From an uncultured Clostridia bacterium (lineage in GTDB: Bacteria; Bacillota_I; Bacilli_A; RF39; UBA660): a stretch of 63,431 bases of DNA. Positions 58,706-63,431 of this stretch are shown here, one piece after another (within the stretch, counting starts at the first letter, position 1; every line of letters starts with the position of its first letter). The translations under genes were made by a program, and so were the position numbers. The notes under the pieces were generated by a model, which made no database searches, was not told the origin of the DNA, and was given only the letters and a program-made list of their open reading frames with translations. The DNA is taken from the NCBI GenBank assembly GCA_947165365.1, contig CAMVAF010000005.1, positions 1 to 63,431 on the forward strand. The letters are read 5' to 3'.

Positions 58706-59219
58706 TTAAACCTCTAATTTGCTTTTCTAATAATTTAGTAAGAGATGACATGGTAATAAACATCACGGGTATCATAATAAGTTGTTTTACAACTCTTGTA
58801 GGAATAATGGCATATGATGCCTTTTTAACAGTCATAATAATCCAAATAGTATTTAATACACCATTAATTAGAATACAAACTATTAATATCGCAATTAAAA
58901 GTTTAATTAAAAATTTTTTATTAAAAACAAATTCTTCTTTGTTATATAAGAATAGTCCATATACTAGTCCCGTTAATATAGATGAAATAGTATAACCTAT
59001 AAAGTATGATCCAAAGGGAAATAGTAAAGCTCCGATTAAATCAGATAATCCTGCTATTACTAAAGAATATTTTGGTCCTAGAATAATACCTGAAAACATC
59101 AATGGAACAAAAGTAAATCCAATTGATAAAATACTAGTATTAACTGATAAGAAACGATTTATAACAATGCTGGCTGCTAATAATAGTGCGGAAATTATTA
59201 TTTTTTTTATTTTGCTCAT
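58698..59219 (-). CDS. ECF transporter S component (FolT-like family)
   Basis: 173 aa with six TM helices. The N-terminus ..IIISALLLAASIVINRFLS... is typical of folate-family S components. Confidence 0.6.
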   Translation of the reverse strand: MSKIKKIIISALLLAASIVINRFLSVNTSILSIGFTFVPLMFSGIILGPKYSLVIAGLSDLIGALLFPFGSYFIGYTISSILTGLVYGLFLYNKEEFVFNKKFLIKLLIAILIVCILINGVLNTIWIIMTVKKASYAIIPTRVVKQLIMIPVMFITMSSLTKLLEKQIRGLND

Positions 59220-59231
59220 AAACTACTCCAT

Positions 59232-60962
59232 TTAACTATTTTCTTTTTCTAATAATTTGTAATCTACTTTTCCATATAAAGTTTTAGGAAGACTATCGCG
59301 AAATTCATAATCTTTAGGTTGTGAATAAACCGATAATTCTTTTTTACAAAGTGCTTTAATTTCATTAAGTATTTGATTATTTTCTTTAACTCCCTTTTTG
59401 AGAACTATTATGGCTTTTGGAACATGCATTTTATATGGATGAGGTATTCCTATTACACATACTTTTTCTACTTTAGAATGTTTGGATATAACCTCTTCTA
59501 TTTGTGATGGGTAAACATTAAATCCTGATACAACAATCATTCTTTTGCTTCTTCCTGTATAATAGACAACTCCATTTGGGGCAATATAACCTATATCGCC
59601 TGTATGTAACCAACGTTTTCCATTGTCCACTTTAATAATCTTATCTGTTTCTTCTTGATTATTTAAATATCCCATCATCAATGTTGGTCCTGATACACAT
59701 ATTTCTCCTTCTTCACCATTTTTTAAGGTTTTGCCTTTTTCATCACATATTTTATAAATATTTCCTACCATCGGAATACCAATACTGCCAGGTTCATTTG
59801 TTCCCGGGAAAGTATAACATGTAGCTGCTACTGATTCTGTCATTCCATATCCTTTAGAAATATTTACTTTTGCTCCATGTTTATGTAGAAAATTATTAAT
59901 TCTTGTTTCATTATTTATTGTTAGATAATCCCCACCACTAATGATATATTTCAAGTTTTCTAGTGATACTTTATCGAATTTCTTATTGGACATCATCCCT
60001 TCCCAAAGTGTTGGAACACCTAGAATAACATGAGGTTTATCATTTTTCCATATTTTATAGAAACGATTTTCATTATATTCTGGCATAAGTATAACCTCTA
60101 CTCCAAGACAAAGTGGTGTATGAACACATATTCCTAGACCAAATCCATGAAAAATAGGAAGAAGTGTTACTATTTTATCTTTAGGTCTTACATCTATTAC
60201 ATTAACCGCAGATTGTTGTGCTAAAGCATTAAAACTATAATTGGATATCATAATTCCTTTAGGAGTTCCAGTAGTCCCTCCACTATGAAGTATTAGTGCT
60301 AAATCATCTTTATCTACTTTAGCAATAAAATCTTTTCTATTATTAACACCATAAAATAAAAATTCATTCCATTTCATATATTCATGTTCATATCTTTTTG
60401 GTGATTTTACTTTTAAACCTTTTGTTAGTGAATATCCTATAAAAAGTGATAATGGCATACTATTTTTAGGGGATATAAGAATTGTTTTGTAAACTAAGGT
60501 ATCTTTTATAATATCTTTAAAATTTTCATAATTAAAATCTACAAGAAATAAAAATCTTGATTTGGATTCCTTTAGATAATATTTTACTTGATTAGGGTTT
60601 GATAGTGGATGAATAATATCAGCCACTGCTCCTATTTTATTACATGCATAAAAAATATATATAGCTTCTGGAATATTCGGAAGACAAATTGTTACAACAT
60701 CACCCGGTTTTACTCCAAATTCTAATAGTCCTTTAGCGACAATATCAATATTATTATATAAATCAGTATATAATATTTTATTATTAAAATAATTAATTGC
60801 AACATTATTTTTATATTCTTGTGATGAATCCATCATATATTCATAAATGGATTTCTTTGTAAATTTAATACTTCTATCTTCTCTTGAGTAATAAGAAAGC
60901 CAAGGAGCATCTATTTTGTTCTCTTTATTAAAAAATTTTTTTATATATTCAATTATTTTCAT
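59232..60962 (-). CDS. AMP-dependent acyl-CoA synthetase/ligase (long-chain fatty acid-CoA ligase-like)
   Basis: AMP-binding motifs LHSGGTTGTPKG, GYGMTE and TGDIGY. 576 aa. Confidence 0.85.
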   Translation of the reverse strand: MKIIEYIKKFFNKENKIDAPWLSYYSREDRSIKFTKKSIYEYMMDSSQEYKNNVAINYFNNKILYTDLYNNIDIVAKGLLEFGVKPGDVVTICLPNIPEAIYIFYACNKIGAVADIIHPLSNPNQVKYYLKESKSRFLFLVDFNYENFKDIIKDTLVYKTILISPKNSMPLSLFIGYSLTKGLKVKSPKRYEHEYMKWNEFLFYGVNNRKDFIAKVDKDDLALILHSGGTTGTPKGIMISNYSFNALAQQSAVNVIDVRPKDKIVTLLPIFHGFGLGICVHTPLCLGVEVILMPEYNENRFYKIWKNDKPHVILGVPTLWEGMMSNKKFDKVSLENLKYIISGGDYLTINNETRINNFLHKHGAKVNISKGYGMTESVAATCYTFPGTNEPGSIGIPMVGNIYKICDEKGKTLKNGEEGEICVSGPTLMMGYLNNQEETDKIIKVDNGKRWLHTGDIGYIAPNGVVYYTGRSKRMIVVSGFNVYPSQIEEVISKHSKVEKVCVIGIPHPYKMHVPKAIIVLKKGVKENNQILNEIKALCKKELSVYSQPKDYEFRDSLPKTLYGKVDYKLLEKENS

Positions 60963-61134
60963 ATCATCATACCCTTCTTTAATTTATGCTTATATTATTA
61001 ATTATACCACATATTAATGGTAGAGAAGTATTTTTACAATAAATTTACGTAAATAAAGTAAACAAAAAAAAAGAATCATTTGCATATTTTCATTATTTAT
61101 AATACAATATTATCAATTTTATTGAGGGAGATAT

Positions 61135-62178
61135 ATGAAAAAAATACTATTAGAAGATGTAATTAATATTTTCTTTAAATACACTATTTATGATCTTAAG
61201 GAAGAGATTGAAATTCCTAATATTAATTTTCGTTTTAAAGAAAAACTAGATGATTTATTTGATCAAAAAGATCTTGATTATTTAATTGATAATAATAGTG
61301 AATGCTTATATGTTGTGATAAATGATAAATTAACTTTTTTTAAATATTTAACAGATATCATAAACGAAACAGTTAACTTATTTAATGAGTATGAACAAAA
61401 TGTTGATGTTGAAGAAACAGCGAGATATTTATTACGCCGAATATGGTTACGAATGGGAATAAATGATTTTATAGATATTAACAAATTTTTAGATAATCAA
61501 TTAAAATTTATAAAAAATAGAATGTTAGATTCACCTGAAGAAAAAAGATTATATACTACTAAAGAATTCGAAATATTCCAAAAAACAAAAGTAAATGATT
61601 TATGGGATGAAACCACAAGAAGGATGATTTTTACTATTAAAAATAATGATGAATTATATGAATTACCACATATATTGTATGATATAGATGATAATAACAC
61701 TTTTTATATATATGGTGTTCAAAGTAGTCAAAATGAAAAGAATAAACATATTGAAAGAAAATTATATAAATTAAATAAAGGGATTGATAATCCCAATGTT
61801 CATCCAAGTAAAGTATGCGCTCTATTAATATTTATTAATTTATTAAAAAATAATAGTATTTCTAATATTATCATACCTAGTTTACAAGTACTTTCATACC
61901 ATTATCATGAATTACTATCTATTGAATCAAAGAAATACTATGAAGAAATAATAAGACAATATAAAGATAATCCAAGTGATATTTATTTAAAAAATAGATT
62001 AGAATATTTAAAAAATTGGTATCTTCATGTATATGAGAAACAAGATAAAATTAGTTATTTAAAAACTGAAGAACTTATCTATTTAATGTATCGATTGTTA
62101 GAACATGATTCTGATATTGCAATAGTTAATGAAATAAATCTTCAAGGAGATTATTTAAATCTTAAAATTAGGAAGTAA
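61135..62178 (+). CDS. hypothetical protein
   Basis: 347-aa ORF with a GAGGGAG SD. No motif recognised. Confidence 0.6.
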   Translation: MKKILLEDVINIFFKYTIYDLKEEIEIPNINFRFKEKLDDLFDQKDLDYLIDNNSECLYVVINDKLTFFKYLTDIINETVNLFNEYEQNVDVEETARYLLRRIWLRMGINDFIDINKFLDNQLKFIKNRMLDSPEEKRLYTTKEFEIFQKTKVNDLWDETTRRMIFTIKNNDELYELPHILYDIDDNNTFYIYGVQSSQNEKNKHIERKLYKLNKGIDNPNVHPSKVCALLIFINLLKNNSISNIIIPSLQVLSYHYHELLSIESKKYYEEIIRQYKDNPSDIYLKNRLEYLKNWYLHVYEKQDKISYLKTEELIYLMYRLLEHDSDIAIVNEINLQGDYLNLKIRK

Positions 62179-62320
62179 TTTAAAAATATCTTTGTTCATA
62201 TAAATATAATACAAAATAATATTTTTTATAAACATTTTCCTTGTTAATGATTAAAAAATGCTATTGCATTATTCTCTTATTTTATCACATTTATTTTTTG
62301 ACAAATTAATGTCAACTTTA

Positions 62321-62349
62321 TTGAATCAACTATTATTCAATGATATAAT
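62321..62349 (+). promoter_or_regulatory. sigma-A type promoter with an embedded inverted repeat
   Basis: TTGAAT, a 17-nt spacer, then TATAAT. The spacer forms TTGAAT..ATTCAA. This leaves a ~110-nt leader before the ATG at 62464. Confidence 0.55.
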
Positions 62350-62463
62350 TTTTGGGATATGACTTAATAATCAGTTTTATTAAATCATATATGGGGTACA
62401 AAAACTAACAATTAATTTAAAATGAGGGGCGCATTTTAGATTAAAACTTTTTTTGGAGGGAAA

Positions 62464-63231
62464 ATGAATAATTATGGATTCAAAAATGAATTGGATTTTG
62501 TGGCTCTATTTAATAATAAGTATTTAGAAGAACTAGATGAAAATTCACAATTTTTTTTAAAGGATATTTTTGGGGATTACATTAATAAAAATGAAAAAAT
62601 AAAAAGTTGGAAAAATAGTTTAAATCAGAAAACAGATATTTTTATCAAATTTAAAAATCAAGTAAAAAAAGTAAGTTTAAAATATAGGAATAAAAATACC
62701 ATTCACTGTGAATCAATTGATAGTTTTAAAAGTTATTTAAAATCACTAGATATTCCATACAATATTATAAGTATTTATGCTAATTTTCATTATGGTTATA
62801 TGAGAGATGAAAATGGGTGTGTTATTTTATCTCAAAAATTAAGTACCACTGAATATAAGGAGTTATACCAAGATGAAATTGATTGTTTTAGTAATACATT
62901 AAATAAAACTAAAATTATTGTTGATATGGTTGATAGGTTCATTATTAGAGGAACAAATTCTAATGAAGATATCGATGCTTTAGTATGTGGTTCTGTTGAT
63001 GATTACGTCTGGCTTTTAAAATATGATATTTATGATTTAGCTTTATATAAAAGATATATATATTTTACTAGTCCACATGCATCTTGCATAACTATGGGAC
63101 CAAAATATAGAGTCATAAAGGATAATGATTTTAGAAATATTAAAGATAAATATTACGTAAATATTAGATGGGATAACTTAAAAACAGATATTGAAGAATT
63201 TAAGAAAACTATAAAAAATAATACACGATGA
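62464..63231 (+). CDS. possible MspI/HinP1I-like PD-(D/E)xK-type nuclease; otherwise hypothetical
   Basis: N-terminal GFKNE.D motif and QKTDIFIKF-x9-VSLK (D...S-x-K) resemble my recollection of HinP1I (GFKNEKD; KSDINV...QVK) and MspI (PKTDATIRF...NIK). GGAGGG SD. Confidence 0.35.
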   Translation: MNNYGFKNELDFVALFNNKYLEELDENSQFFLKDIFGDYINKNEKIKSWKNSLNQKTDIFIKFKNQVKKVSLKYRNKNTIHCESIDSFKSYLKSLDIPYNIISIYANFHYGYMRDENGCVILSQKLSTTEYKELYQDEIDCFSNTLNKTKIIVDMVDRFIIRGTNSNEDIDALVCGSVDDYVWLLKYDIYDLALYKRYIYFTSPHASCITMGPKYRVIKDNDFRNIKDKYYVNIRWDNLKTDIEEFKKTIKNNTR

Positions 63232-63431
63232 CATCTTTAATATTAATATATCTTAAAAAATATCAATATGGTATGAACAAAATAAAAACTTACAAATTAT
63301 TAATAGTTTGCAAGTTGTTTTTTATATGGAGCAGTAGTTGTAATTATCCATAACTTTTGTTTCATGTATGTAACATAAATATCAATCGTTAATATGAATA
63401 TACCAGAGAAATTGTTTGCATGCAACTATTA

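Noticed and set aside
63284-63322. An imperfect hairpin (AACTTACAAA..TTTGCAAGTT plus a T-run) after the last gene, and a TTGCATGCAA palindrome at the window end.
   Set aside because: The hairpin is probably just the terminator of the nuclease-like gene. It has a mismatch in the stem, and it is too close to the window edge to interpret further.

Overview
This is a very AT-rich chromosomal segment, roughly a quarter GC by eye, that uses the standard genetic code. It comes from a spore-forming low-GC Bacillota organism. The evidence is CotE, FtsK/SpoIIIE, ComEA-ComEC, RecU-PBP1A, RNase Y, trigger factor, RuvAB and Lon. An Erysipelotrichia/Bacilli-like gut anaerobe is my inference only. I call about 60 protein genes, mostly on the minus strand up to ~33.5 kb, and one tRNA-Arg(UCU). 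Most are housekeeping genes for competence DNA uptake, NfnAB-like oxidoreductase, LepB, L19, MurE, RsmD, Tig, FtsK, RuvAB, a DnaB/DnaD-type loader, Lon, RNase HII, RNase Y, RecU, PBP1A, and an ECF transporter with an acyl-CoA ligase. Accessory or unusual content is listed here. (1) Two tandem 51-bp GC-rich repeats with pseudoknot-type complementarity, plus a small SD-preceded ORF, sit in an abnormally long 471-bp ruvA-ruvB spacer. (2) A compact locus at 35.6-35.8 kb holds two divergent, 5'-overlapping mini-ORFs, each with an AAAGGAG SD and an internal anti-SD; one is hydrophobic, so it looks like a type I toxin-antitoxin locus. (3) A 947-aa protein with a type IV prepilin leader, Ig/MBG-like modules and Cys-rich repeats lies in a tight operon directly behind ftsK, with no pilus machinery in the window. 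(4) A solo IS200/IS605-family tnpB with a structured downstream region (putative omega RNA) lies between lon and rnhB. (5) A possible MspI/HinP1I-like nuclease lies at the right edge with no methyltransferase in view. (6) There are decayed remnants of a DinD-like gene and a BspA-like surface protein, a degenerate GGDEF sensor, an endolysin-like protein without a signal peptide, and several orphan operons. No CRISPR array, rRNA or recognisable riboswitch was found. All homology calls come from motif recognition by eye and from memory, not from searches.
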